Shown piece by piece: positions 29,924 through 39,222 of a DNA stretch of 64,000 nt (the stretch's first letter is position 1; each line of letters begins with the position of its first letter). Origin of the DNA: Desulfatiglandales bacterium (GTDB lineage: Bacteria > Desulfobacterota > DSM-4660 > Desulfatiglandales > Desulfatiglandaceae); contig OY762721.1 in the NCBI GenBank assembly GCA_963666345.1, positions 2,560,001 to 2,624,000 on the forward strand. Reading direction: 5' to 3'. The notes under the pieces are model-generated. The model had not been told where the DNA came from, searched no databases, and saw only the letters and a program-made list of their open reading frames with translations. Both the position numbers and the translations under genes were made by a program.

Positions 29924-31339
29924 ATGAACCTTATTTTGGTTATCATCGATTCTCTCAGAAAAGATCATGTGGGTGCCTATGGCAATGAATGGATACATAC
30001 CCCTAATCTGGACAGCTTTTTTTCAGAGAGCATGAGGTTTACCAGTGCCTATCCTGAATCGCTTCCCACACTTCCGATGCGGAGGTCGATACATACCGGC
30101 ATCAGGACATTTCCCTTCAGAGGCTGGAAGGGACAGCCCACAAGCTATCCTCTTACCACAATGTTCGGGTCCAAGGTCTGGATCCCCGGCTGGACCGCCA
30201 TACCGTGGGAGCAGAAGACCCTTGCCGAGCATCTCAATGAATACAATTACGATTCCGGCTATTTTACAGACTGTTTTCATCAGGACTATGCGGGAATGAA
30301 CTTTCACCGGGGATTTCACGCCTGGGAGATGATCCGGGGGCAGGAGTGGGACTGCTGGAAGACCGATCCCGGAATGGCAAAAAGCGACATCGCGGCAAAG
30401 CATTTCACAAAGGGCATGGAATGGGAAAAGCGCAAGACATGGGAGCTTACCAGGTATCTTACAAACAACAGCCATCGTCAGAGCGAAGAGGACTATTTCC
30501 CGGCCCAGGTGTTCAGGGCCGCCACCCGCTGGATTGAAAAAAACAGGGACGCTGAGAATATCTTCGCGTGTGTCGACTGCTTTGATCCTCATGAACCTTG
30601 GGATCCCCCGAAACATTACAGGGAGCTTTATGATCCGGGATACAAGGGAACGGAGGTGATAATGCCGCTGTATTATGACAAGGCGGACAAGTACCTTACA
30701 CCTGAGGAGCTTAACCATATGAAGGCCATGTATGCGGGCGAATGCAGCATGGTGGATCGCTGGTTCGGTTTCTTTATGGATACGGTAAGACTCCTGGGGC
30801 TTGACAAAAATTCCATTATAGTAGTTACAAGTGATCACGGCCACCAGCTGGGGGAAAAGAACATGACGGGAAAGCTTCCCTGGGGGTTAATGCCCTGTCT
30901 GCTTGACCTGGTTATGGGGATACGCCATCCGCAAGGCGAAGGTGCTGGAAAGACCTGTGACGCCTATGCCATGAATCATGATATCATGCCTACCGTTCTT
31001 TCCATGATGGGTATTGATGTACCTGATCAGTGCGAGGGTGAGAACCTGTGGCCTGTCGCCATGGGGAAGGAAAACTCCAAGCGCGATCATGTGAGCACTA
31101 TTTTCAAGGATTACCTATGGACCGCGAATGATTCCTGGGCCCTGATTACAAGAAACAACAAGACCGAGATGGAACTCTACGACATTAAAAAGGACCCTGA
31201 ATATTTAAAAGACGTGTCGGCTGATCACCCGGAGGTGGTTGAACAGATGTGGAAAACCCTTCTTGAGGATGCAGGAGGTGACATCCCGATACCTGAAGGT
31301 GCAAGTGAGGCGATACTCGAAAAGGGCGGTATGAAGTAG
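29924..31339 (+). CDS. Sulfatase-like hydrolase (alkaline phosphatase superfamily) with Thr at the nucleophile position
   Basis: IIDSLRKD, PTLPMRRSIHTG, DPHEPWDPP, TSDHG; no signal peptide. Confidence 0.85.
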   Translation: MNLILVIIDSLRKDHVGAYGNEWIHTPNLDSFFSESMRFTSAYPESLPTLPMRRSIHTGIRTFPFRGWKGQPTSYPLTTMFGSKVWIPGWTAIPWEQKTLAEHLNEYNYDSGYFTDCFHQDYAGMNFHRGFHAWEMIRGQEWDCWKTDPGMAKSDIAAKHFTKGMEWEKRKTWELTRYLTNNSHRQSEEDYFPAQVFRAATRWIEKNRDAENIFACVDCFDPHEPWDPPKHYRELYDPGYKGTEVIMPLYYDKADKYLTPEELNHMKAMYAGECSMVDRWFGFFMDTVRLLGLDKNSIIVVTSDHGHQLGEKNMTGKLPWGLMPCLLDLVMGIRHPQGEGAGKTCDAYAMNHDIMPTVLSMMGIDVPDQCEGENLWPVAMGKENSKRDHVSTIFKDYLWTANDSWALITRNNKTEMELYDIKKDPEYLKDVSADHPEVVEQMWKTLLEDAGGDIPIPEGASEAILEKGGMK

Positions 31340-31363
31340 GGACCTTTTAAAGGGGCAGCACTT

Positions 31364-32608
31364 ATGGAACTGAATTTTTTCCCCATATTACTTCTGGGAA
31401 TACTCTGGTTTATAGGAACCCGTTTCTGGCCTTGTGTCCATGAAACGGGTGTAACCCTTTATGACAGGGAAAGGGCCTTTGATGGTTTTACACTCTGGGC
31501 TCCGCTTGAGGCGGATAACAGCGGGATAGAGCCCTGGCAGAGACCCGGCATGGTTTATCTCATGAATATGAATGGGGATTGTGTCCATTCATGGAATACC
31601 CCCTTTCCTGTCTGTTATGCGCGCCTTGAAAAAGACGGACATATTGTCACGGGGATGAGAAGCGGTGATGCCTCGGATCCGGAAAGGCCCGGCATAGGCG
31701 GATACCCGATGGGGGGGGCCACCGGATGGCTCTGGGAGCTTGATTGGGAAGGAAACACCCTTTTCAGCCATTTTGATCCATGCATGCACCATGATTTCCG
31801 CAGGCTTGAGAATGGAAATTACATCTATCTCGGATGGGAAAAGGTGCCTGCTGATCTTGCCTTAAGCATAAGAGGCGGATTTTCAGGCAGCGAACATGCA
31901 GGAGGGGTTATCTTCAGCGACTATATCAGGGAAATAGATCCTTCAGGAAATATCACGTGGGAGTGGCATGCCACGGGTCACATGGACACTGATACGGATA
32001 TAATCGGGCCCATCCATCCAAGGAAGGAGTGGAGCCATATGAACAACCTGGCCCCCATGGAGGACGGCAACATCATGTCAAGTTCCAGATTCCTGGATAT
32101 GGCCTTCATAATAGAAAGGGCCACAGGGAGGATTGTCTGGCGCTGGGGAAATGCGGCCTTCCTTGACAGGAAAAGCGGCCAGGTCCTGACAAGGTTCAAT
32201 GAAAAGACCCTGGGAGGTCCTCATGACTTTTCCGTGATCGAAAGGGGGCTTCCAGGCGAGGGTCATATGCTTGGATATGACAATGGTATGTATACCGGGG
32301 TTTCAAGGGCACTTGAGGTGGATATCGACTCAGGGGAGATCGTTTGGCAGAGCACGGATCACACATACCGGCACGGCAGGCATTCCTTTTCAGCCTATAT
32401 AAGCAGTGCAAACAGGCTGTCCAACGGAAACACCCTTATCTGCGAGGGACAGAACGGCATCATATGCGAACTTACCCCTGATAGGCAGATCGTATGGCAG
32501 TGGGTAAGGCCCGAGCCGAGCAGAACTTCCACGGTATGGGCCATATTCAGGTCCTACCGCTTTGCGCCTGATTACTGCCCTCAGCTGAAAGACCTTTGTC
32601 TTGGATAA
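31364..32608 (+). CDS. Arylsulfate sulfotransferase (ASST)-like beta-propeller
   Basis: N-terminal hydrophobic segment, HHDF, WSHMN, PHD, YDNG, SANRLSNGNTLICEG. Confidence 0.82.
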   Translation: MELNFFPILLLGILWFIGTRFWPCVHETGVTLYDRERAFDGFTLWAPLEADNSGIEPWQRPGMVYLMNMNGDCVHSWNTPFPVCYARLEKDGHIVTGMRSGDASDPERPGIGGYPMGGATGWLWELDWEGNTLFSHFDPCMHHDFRRLENGNYIYLGWEKVPADLALSIRGGFSGSEHAGGVIFSDYIREIDPSGNITWEWHATGHMDTDTDIIGPIHPRKEWSHMNNLAPMEDGNIMSSSRFLDMAFIIERATGRIVWRWGNAAFLDRKSGQVLTRFNEKTLGGPHDFSVIERGLPGEGHMLGYDNGMYTGVSRALEVDIDSGEIVWQSTDHTYRHGRHSFSAYISSANRLSNGNTLICEGQNGIICELTPDRQIVWQWVRPEPSRTSTVWAIFRSYRFAPDYCPQLKDLCLG

Positions 32609-32632
32609 AAAAGAATGATTCGCTTTCTTTAA

Positions 32633-32671
32633 AAAGGCCCCCGCCTGATTGATCATCAGGCGGGGGCCTTT
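32633..32671. terminator. Bidirectional intrinsic terminator
   Basis: AAAGGCCCCCGCCTGAT-TGATC-ATCAGGCGGGGGCCTTT. Confidence 0.9.
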
Positions 32672-32681
32672 CATGCTTATA

Positions 32682-33281
32682 TTAGGACATGGAACGGGAA
32701 TAGACCTCGATACCCCTTTCAAAGCAGTCCATGTTTGCCTTGATAAAGGCCTTTTTGGTCTTTGTCTCTATAGCCTTTTTGAAGTCTGAGTCATTCATGG
32801 GAAGCTGCCCTGATGCGCAAAGCGCCCCGACCATCACCATGTTTACTCCCAGGGGGTTCCCGGCCGCCCTGGCCTCTTCCATGGCGTCAAAGGCCACGAC
32901 TTTACCCACCTTTGATCTGATGTAATCTATCGCCCCTTTTGTTTCAGGATATTTCCCCTGGCCGATGGCCACGGTAAAGGGGGGAATGGCTGATTTTGAC
33001 ATTATCACAAGGGTCTTGCAGTTCATCTTTTCCAGCGCCCTCATAGCCTCAAGAGGCTCGAACGCAAGCGCTATGTCCACCTCGCCCTCCGAGATAATGG
33101 AGCTGCAGGCGGGCCCCACAACGGCGGTCGACTCTACTACTCCGCCCCTTTGGGCCATACCGTGCGTCTCGCTCATATTGACCGGCACACCAGCTATGAT
33201 TGCCGCCTCTCCAACCAGTTTGGTGGCGAGGATGTTACCCTGTCCCCCGACACCTACGAAATATACTCTCTTTGTTTCCAT
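32682..33281 (-). CDS. iorB: Indolepyruvate:ferredoxin oxidoreductase beta subunit
   Basis: GVGGQG, SETHGMAQRGGVV, FEPLEA.R, NMVMVGA. Confidence 0.93.
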   Translation of the reverse strand: METKRVYFVGVGGQGNILATKLVGEAAIIAGVPVNMSETHGMAQRGGVVESTAVVGPACSSIISEGEVDIALAFEPLEAMRALEKMNCKTLVIMSKSAIPPFTVAIGQGKYPETKGAIDYIRSKVGKVVAFDAMEEARAAGNPLGVNMVMVGALCASGQLPMNDSDFKKAIETKTKKAFIKANMDCFERGIEVYSRSMS

Positions 33282-35140
33282 TATCGTCTCTCCTGTTTCT
33301 TCCTTGGTCCAATGGCGTTTTCAGGGCAGACCTGAACGCAGACCGCACATCCTATGCAGAGGTTGGGATCGATGTTCACCTTATCGCCGTCCAGATAAAA
33401 GGCAGGGCAGGCAAACTCTTTGTAACATGTGCCGCAACCCGTGCATTTTTCCTGTTTTACCTCAAACACCGGCCTCTTTGCCTTTTTGATTTTCATCTGG
33501 TGAAGCGGGCAGACCTCCCTTGATATGATCACGGAAAGCCCGTCATAGGCAAGTGCGTCTTCTACCGCCTTCTGTACCTTTTTGAGATTTGTGGGTCGGA
33601 CCACCTGAACATGTTTGACTCCAAGCCCTTTTACCACATCCTCAAGATCGATGTTGGTCAGGTTCTGCCCGGCCGCAACAGTGTCCATTGCTGCTGAAGG
33701 CTGATGCCCGGTCATGGCGGTGATTCCGTTATCCAGGATCACGAGCGTGAATTTGTGATTATTGAACACCGCGTTTGCAAGACCGGTCATTCCCGAATGA
33801 AAAAATGTACTGTCTCCTATGAAGCTTACCACTCTCTGTTCTGATGCGGTTGATATCCCGGCCGAACTGCTCACAGAGGCCCCCATACACAGGACCATGT
33901 CGGCCATGTTATAGGGGGGGAGAAAACCGAGCGTGTAGCATCCGATGTCGTTGGGGAAGATTGCATCGGGACCTGCCGCCTTTTTTACCGCATAATAGGT
34001 CATCCTGTGAGGGCATCCGGGACACAGGTTGGGAGGACGCAGCGGCAGCTCGGGGCGGTCGGATAAATCCAGCCTTGCTGGGCTTTCATAAGGTACCCCG
34101 AAAAACCGTGCCACAGCCTCCCTTACCATTGCAGGGTTATATTCCAGCATGCGGCTCAGTCCTGCAACTCCCTTTCCCTTTATCGAAAGGGCAAGTCCCG
34201 CCTCCTGGGCCGCCACCTTTACCGCCTCTTCCATAAAGGGTTCAAGCTCCTCGACCACCAGGACCTGTTCCTTTTCTTTGAGAAATTCCCTTATGAGCCT
34301 GAAGGGCATCGGATTACTCATCCCGATCCTGAGTACTGAGACCTTTTCTTCCAGACCCAGGTCCTTTACGGCATCCATGACATAGTTAAATGAGATGCCG
34401 TTTGAAACAATGCCTAATGAGGCCTTGCCTATAATCAGGTTGTAGGGGCTGTTGTTGCTTATCTTTTCCGCTTTTTTCTGCTTTCCAAGAAGTCTCTTGT
34501 GCATGGCAGGGGTGTTGGAGGGGAGGGTCACAAATTCTTTAGGCGATTTTTCAAAATGGCCTGCATTTTCAGGCCGTTTTATCTCTCCAAGCTCAACCAC
34601 TCCCCTTGAGTGGGCGATCCTGGTCGTGGACCTGATGATGACCGGGATATTCAGCTGCTCTGAGAGATCAAAGGCAAAAACGGTCATATCCTTCATCTCC
34701 TGGGCATTTACAGGTTCAAGAAGGGGAAGACCGGAAAATTTCGCAAAATACCTGTTGTCCTGTTCGTTCTGGCTTGAAAACATGGATGGGTCATCCGCGT
34801 TGTATATTACCATACCGGCCCTGACCCCCATGTAGGCAAGGGTCATCATTGGATCGGCAGCCACGTTCATCCCGACATGCTTCATTGCGGTCAGGCTCCT
34901 GACCCCGCTTATGGCAGCTCCTCCTGTCGCCTCCATTGCAACCTTTTCATTGGTTGCAAATTCCATGTAAAAGCCCATTTTGTCCTTGAGTGCGAAAAGG
35001 TTGTTGGGTACCTCTGAAGAGGGGGTACCAGGGTAGCAGCTGGCAAAGGACATCCCCGCCTCAAACGCGCCTCGGACAAGAGCCTCGTTTCCTAGAAACA
35101 GGGCCTTTTGGCCCTTTCTATCAGATGTTAGTTCCGACAT
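33281..35140 (-). CDS. iorA: Indolepyruvate:ferredoxin oxidoreductase alpha subunit
   Basis: LGNEA, YPGTPSSE, NEKVA, LCPGCPHR, DIGCY, GDSTFFHSG, C-terminal 2x[4Fe-4S]; start set at MSELT. Confidence 0.94.
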   Translation of the reverse strand: MSELTSDRKGQKALFLGNEALVRGAFEAGMSFASCYPGTPSSEVPNNLFALKDKMGFYMEFATNEKVAMEATGGAAISGVRSLTAMKHVGMNVAADPMMTLAYMGVRAGMVIYNADDPSMFSSQNEQDNRYFAKFSGLPLLEPVNAQEMKDMTVFAFDLSEQLNIPVIIRSTTRIAHSRGVVELGEIKRPENAGHFEKSPKEFVTLPSNTPAMHKRLLGKQKKAEKISNNSPYNLIIGKASLGIVSNGISFNYVMDAVKDLGLEEKVSVLRIGMSNPMPFRLIREFLKEKEQVLVVEELEPFMEEAVKVAAQEAGLALSIKGKGVAGLSRMLEYNPAMVREAVARFFGVPYESPARLDLSDRPELPLRPPNLCPGCPHRMTYYAVKKAAGPDAIFPNDIGCYTLGFLPPYNMADMVLCMGASVSSSAGISTASEQRVVSFIGDSTFFHSGMTGLANAVFNNHKFTLVILDNGITAMTGHQPSAAMDTVAAGQNLTNIDLEDVVKGLGVKHVQVVRPTNLKKVQKAVEDALAYDGLSVIISREVCPLHQMKIKKAKRPVFEVKQEKCTGCGTCYKEFACPAFYLDGDKVNIDPNLCIGCAVCVQVCPENAIGPRKKQERR

Positions 35141-35281
35141 GCATGATCCATCCTTTCTATATAAATTTACAGTAAAATAAGCTCCTGCCGGTGCATGAAA
35201 AAGGGGCACAACAGAAGCTGAGTTGAAAATCAAAAGATCCAACTGACGGCCTTGATCGAGCAGGCCTTAAATGAAGTTTTT

Positions 35282-36070
35282 TCAGGGTCTATAGGCGCCG
35301 TTTAGAAACTGCGGTTCTATGTGATAACCCATGTAGTTTGATATTTCGCCTGCCGTATCCATTACCCTCTGCGCAAGGGTATGAAACTTCTCCCCGCTTA
35401 TCTTTTTCGGGTCTCCGTTAAGGCTTATAGCGCCAACCACCTCTCCATCGATTCCGAATATGGGAGCGCCTATGCTGTCAAGATGCATCATGAGTTCCTG
35501 GTGAACCACCGAGTAGCCTCTGTCCCTGGTTTCGGCAAGTTCCGCAAGTATAAGATCACGCTCAGATATGGTCTTCGGTGTGTATTTTATAAGTTCCACC
35601 CTTTTAAGATGTTGATCAATCTCCTGGTCAGACATAAAAGCGAGAACCGCCCTTCCCATGGAAGAACAGAAGGCGGGAACGCTCGGACCCATGTAGGGGG
35701 CAGCCGACCCGCTTTCAAGGGGCAGCGTGCTCATGGTGACTATGACGGCATCCCTGTGAAAGACTCCCAGCCTGCCTATGAGGCCGGTTTCCCGCGCAAG
35801 GTAGCTGACCGGTATGGAGGCCTTCTGATTGAGCTCAAAGGTGCCTTCATATATTGTGCCGAGCACGTGGAGCCTTATGCCGAGGCGGTATTCCCGGCTC
35901 CTGGGTGCCTTTTTAAGAAAACCGGCAACCTCGAGTGCCTGTACAATACCGTGAGCCGTGCCTATGGGAAGCTTAACCGCTTTTGCAATGTCACTGATGC
36001 GCCACTGGGGTCGTGCATAGGAAAAAAGTGAAAGTATATCGGACGCCCTTTGTATTGACTGGTTGCTCAT
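35282..36070 (-). CDS. IclR-family regulator (paralog of 28871-29671)
   Basis: NQSIQRASDILSLFS, PAFCSSMGRA, RGYS; RBS GGAGG before ATG 36070. Confidence 0.92.
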   Translation of the reverse strand: MSNQSIQRASDILSLFSYARPQWRISDIAKAVKLPIGTAHGIVQALEVAGFLKKAPRSREYRLGIRLHVLGTIYEGTFELNQKASIPVSYLARETGLIGRLGVFHRDAVIVTMSTLPLESGSAAPYMGPSVPAFCSSMGRAVLAFMSDQEIDQHLKRVELIKYTPKTISERDLILAELAETRDRGYSVVHQELMMHLDSIGAPIFGIDGEVVGAISLNGDPKKISGEKFHTLAQRVMDTAGEISNYMGYHIEPQFLNGAYRP

Positions 36071-36080
36071 ATGACCTCCT

Positions 36081-36230
36081 TTCGAATATGTCGAACAATA
36101 ATTAAAATAAAGAAAAAATAAAGCCATGTCAACCGATAATAACAAGAAAAATAGCCAAAAACCCTTGACAGGTGTGAATTACAGCTATAATATTTTGTAA
36201 ATTATAAATACATTTCGACATAGTCGAAAT
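36081..36230. promoter_or_regulatory. Divergent promoter region with two TTCGA-N5-TCGAA palindromes (putative IclR operators)
   Basis: 36081-36095 TTCGAatatgTCGAA; 36212-36230 ATTTCGACataGTCGAAAT; TTGACA at 36165 (+) and 36127-36132 (-). Confidence 0.7.
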
Positions 36231-36307
36231 TATAGGTTTTACGATCGGCTGCATATGCAGCCGATTCTTTTATCGAAGAGAGACGGATTTTAGGAGGACC
36301 ACTCTGG

Positions 36308-38935
36308 ATGCAATGGTTAAGCGAGTTAGAGAGGATCGTAGGGCCGGATAATTTGTTGTCGGAAAAGGTCGACTGTCTTGGCTATTCAAGGGACATGTCC
36401 ATTCATGAAGGGGTGCCTGAGGCGGTTGTTTTTGCGCAGAACACGGAGCAGGTCTCTCAGGTGGTCTCGCTTGCAAATCAAGAAGGGATACCGGTGACGG
36501 CAAGAGGTGCAGGAACATCGGTCACAGGTGCCTCTCTTGCCTCAAAAGGAGGCATAATCCTTAACCTGGTCAAGATGAACAGAATAATTGAGATAAACAG
36601 GACAGACTGTTACGCAGTGGTTGAACCTGGCGTAATCTGTGATGATCTCAACAGGGAGCTTGCCCCTGCCCATTTTTATCCGCCTGACCCGGGATCGGCA
36701 CCTGTTGCGACTATAGGAGGCATGGTAAGCACAAACGCCTCAGGCGTGCGGGCGGTAAAGTACGGAACTGCAAGGGACTACATCAAGGCCATGAAGGTGG
36801 TTCTTGCAGACGGCAGGGTCATAAACACCGGGACCAAGGCCCCTAAATCATCGGCGGGATATGATCTTAACAGGCTTTTTTCAACCTCGGAGGGGACTCT
36901 CGGCATCATCACGGAGATTACCGCCAAGATTCTGCCGGTGCCTGAATACGCCGCCTTTGCCAAGCTTTCCTTTCCTTCCATAGTGGAGGCCGGTGCAGTC
37001 GTAGAGGAGATAATAAGAAAGGGTATCCCGATATCTACCTGTGAAATCCTTGACGGTGTTTCAATTGAAGCGGTCAAGGAGGCCATGGGGCTTAAGATCC
37101 CGGGAAATGTCAGCGCACTTGTGTTTGCCGAGATTGACGGGGCCCGTGCCGCAGTAAAGAGTCAAATGGAAGAAATGAATTCCATTTTTAGAGAAAAAGG
37201 GGGGATTGAAATAGAGTGGTCGGACGACCAGGAAAGACGGGCCGAGATATGGTCGGCCCGTCATGGACTTGTTTCATCTCTTTCCCGATTGCACAGGGGC
37301 TCCAGGCAGGTGCCGATTACAGAGGACTTCGGCGTGCCCATGAGCAGGATCCCTGAAACCATAGATGCGATACAGGAAATCGGGCGAAGATACGGGGTCG
37401 ATATCGCCACCTTCGGTCATATAGGGGACGGAAACCTTCACGCCGTTCTTTTAATGGATATAAGAGATAAGGATGAATGGGAGACCATAAGAAAGATATC
37501 TGAGGAATTCATTGATCTGACCCTTCGGCTTGAAGGGACACTTACGGCGGAGCATGGCATAGGCATGGCCAAATCACCCTACATAGAAAGAGAACTGAAC
37601 GGCGCACTGGATGTCATGCAGACGGTAAAGAGCGCGCTTGACCCGAAAAATATCCTCAATCCGGGTAAAATGGGTTTTAATGACTCCATAGGTTATATCT
37701 ATGACAGGTGCGGCTCAAGGGACCTTGAAGGTGGAATAAGGGAGGAAAGCAGCCTGGGGGAATCAGCGGACGAAGACGTCCTTGCATGTACCCAGTGCGG
37801 TTTCTGCAGCCTTGTCTGTCCCACCTATTCCGAGACCCGGATTGAAACCATGAACGCGAGAGGAAGAAACACCCTTGCGTTTGATCTTTTAAGCGGCAGG
37901 GCGGAGTTGAGCGAGCAGATGGTAAATCGCTTCTATCAGTGCACCATGTGCGATGCATGTGCCTCATCATGCCCGGCGGGTGTAAAGACCAGCAGGATAG
38001 TACAGGCGGTCCGGAAAAAGTCATTCGCCTCGGGGTTTGCCCCGGAAGGTATCAGGATGGCAAACAGATCCGTGGAGGATAACAGAAATCCCTTTATGCA
38101 GCCGAGGGACGAAAGGGACGAATGCTTTATCGATCCGCCAGCGGCACCTGAGGGTGCCGAGGTTTTATACTGGCCCGGCTGCGTCAGCTCATACCAGGAA
38201 GAGGACGTCGTGCCTGCAACGGCGGAGCTTCTGGACAGGGCGGGGATCGCATGGACCGCACTTGGCAATGAAGAGGGATGCTGCGGATATCTCGCATATG
38301 TAAGCGGTGACATGGAGCTTTTTGATGAGCTCATGAAGGAAAACCTGGCGGCCTTTAAGAGATCAAAGGTGAAAACCCTGGTTACGACATGCCCCGGCTG
38401 CTACAGGACCTTCAAGGACCTGTACGGAAAGGATAAAGGGGGCCTGGAGGTACTTCATTCCACGGAGTATTTCAGCCGTCTTATTCAGGAGGGCAGGCTG
38501 CGGTTTTCAGAAGGCGGCACACCTCTCAGGGCTGTTTATCATGATCCTTGTGATCTCGGCAGGCATATGGGGGTCTATGAAGCACCCAGGGAGATTCTCA
38601 GGTCCATGAAGGATGTTGAGCTGCTGGAGTTCAGCAGAAATCGTGAAAACGCCAGATGCTGCGGGGCTGGAGGGGGCATGAAAGGTCATGACCTTAATCT
38701 GTCTCTTGATGTGGCCTCCAGGCATATCCTTGAGGCCGCCGAAATGGGTGCCGACGCCATAGTGAGTGCGTGCGGCACGTGCAAGAAGAATTTCCAGCAC
38801 GCAACGGTGCGGGTGAGAAAAAAAGGGCTGCTTTCCAGGAGGATCGCAGTCTATGACGTTATGGAACTGATGGCCCAAAGGATGGTTGTCTCCTCCTGCG
38901 GGGCATTGGATAAGGCCGCCAGGGAGGCCGCCTAG
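36308..38935 (+). CDS. FAD-dependent 2-hydroxyacid dehydrogenase fused to Fe-S/CCG domains (GlcD-GlcF / Dld-type)
   Basis: RGAGTS, PPDPGS, EGTLGIITE, GHIGDGNLH, AEHGIG; two CxxCxxCxxxC motifs; CCG motifs. Confidence 0.92.
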   Translation: MQWLSELERIVGPDNLLSEKVDCLGYSRDMSIHEGVPEAVVFAQNTEQVSQVVSLANQEGIPVTARGAGTSVTGASLASKGGIILNLVKMNRIIEINRTDCYAVVEPGVICDDLNRELAPAHFYPPDPGSAPVATIGGMVSTNASGVRAVKYGTARDYIKAMKVVLADGRVINTGTKAPKSSAGYDLNRLFSTSEGTLGIITEITAKILPVPEYAAFAKLSFPSIVEAGAVVEEIIRKGIPISTCEILDGVSIEAVKEAMGLKIPGNVSALVFAEIDGARAAVKSQMEEMNSIFREKGGIEIEWSDDQERRAEIWSARHGLVSSLSRLHRGSRQVPITEDFGVPMSRIPETIDAIQEIGRRYGVDIATFGHIGDGNLHAVLLMDIRDKDEWETIRKISEEFIDLTLRLEGTLTAEHGIGMAKSPYIERELNGALDVMQTVKSALDPKNILNPGKMGFNDSIGYIYDRCGSRDLEGGIREESSLGESADEDVLACTQCGFCSLVCPTYSETRIETMNARGRNTLAFDLLSGRAELSEQMVNRFYQCTMCDACASSCPAGVKTSRIVQAVRKKSFASGFAPEGIRMANRSVEDNRNPFMQPRDERDECFIDPPAAPEGAEVLYWPGCVSSYQEEDVVPATAELLDRAGIAWTALGNEEGCCGYLAYVSGDMELFDELMKENLAAFKRSKVKTLVTTCPGCYRTFKDLYGKDKGGLEVLHSTEYFSRLIQEGRLRFSEGGTPLRAVYHDPCDLGRHMGVYEAPREILRSMKDVELLEFSRNRENARCCGAGGGMKGHDLNLSLDVASRHILEAAEMGADAIVSACGTCKKNFQHATVRVRKKGLLSRRIAVYDVMELMAQRMVVSSCGALDKAAREAA

Positions 38936-39222
38936 GTCATGGAAGGTGTTATTATGAAAAATAAGAGGAAAAAACCGGGACTGCGAGCCTGGGCAGGATT
39001 GTGGCAGTATCGGTGTCAGACAGAATAGGTTGGGAAACACCATCCTGACGGTACTTGTAGTTCAGGTCTGCCTCATGTCTCTGGCCGTCAGGATAGTCGG
39101 AGGCGAGGCCGCCCGGTAATGACAAGAAAACTTGAAAGTGCGGACGAAGGTGATTATTAGAGGTTGATCTTTTACCTACAGATGAATATCGGAAACGAAA
39201 AAATATCTTGGAGTCTAGGAAT

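Noticed and set aside
30023..30844. 273-aa antisense ORF (likewise 42681-43478, 51168-51860, 35381-36031)
   Set aside because: Lies wholly opposite well-supported genes; no recognisable domains
31711..31718. G8 tracts (also about 39522-39529) as phase-variation sites
   Set aside because: Short, encode Gly-Gly in metabolic enzymes; weak evidence
38953..39027. 24-aa ORF MKNKRKKPGLRAWAGLWQYRCQTE
   Set aside because: No recognisable motif or attenuator logic; cannot be supported
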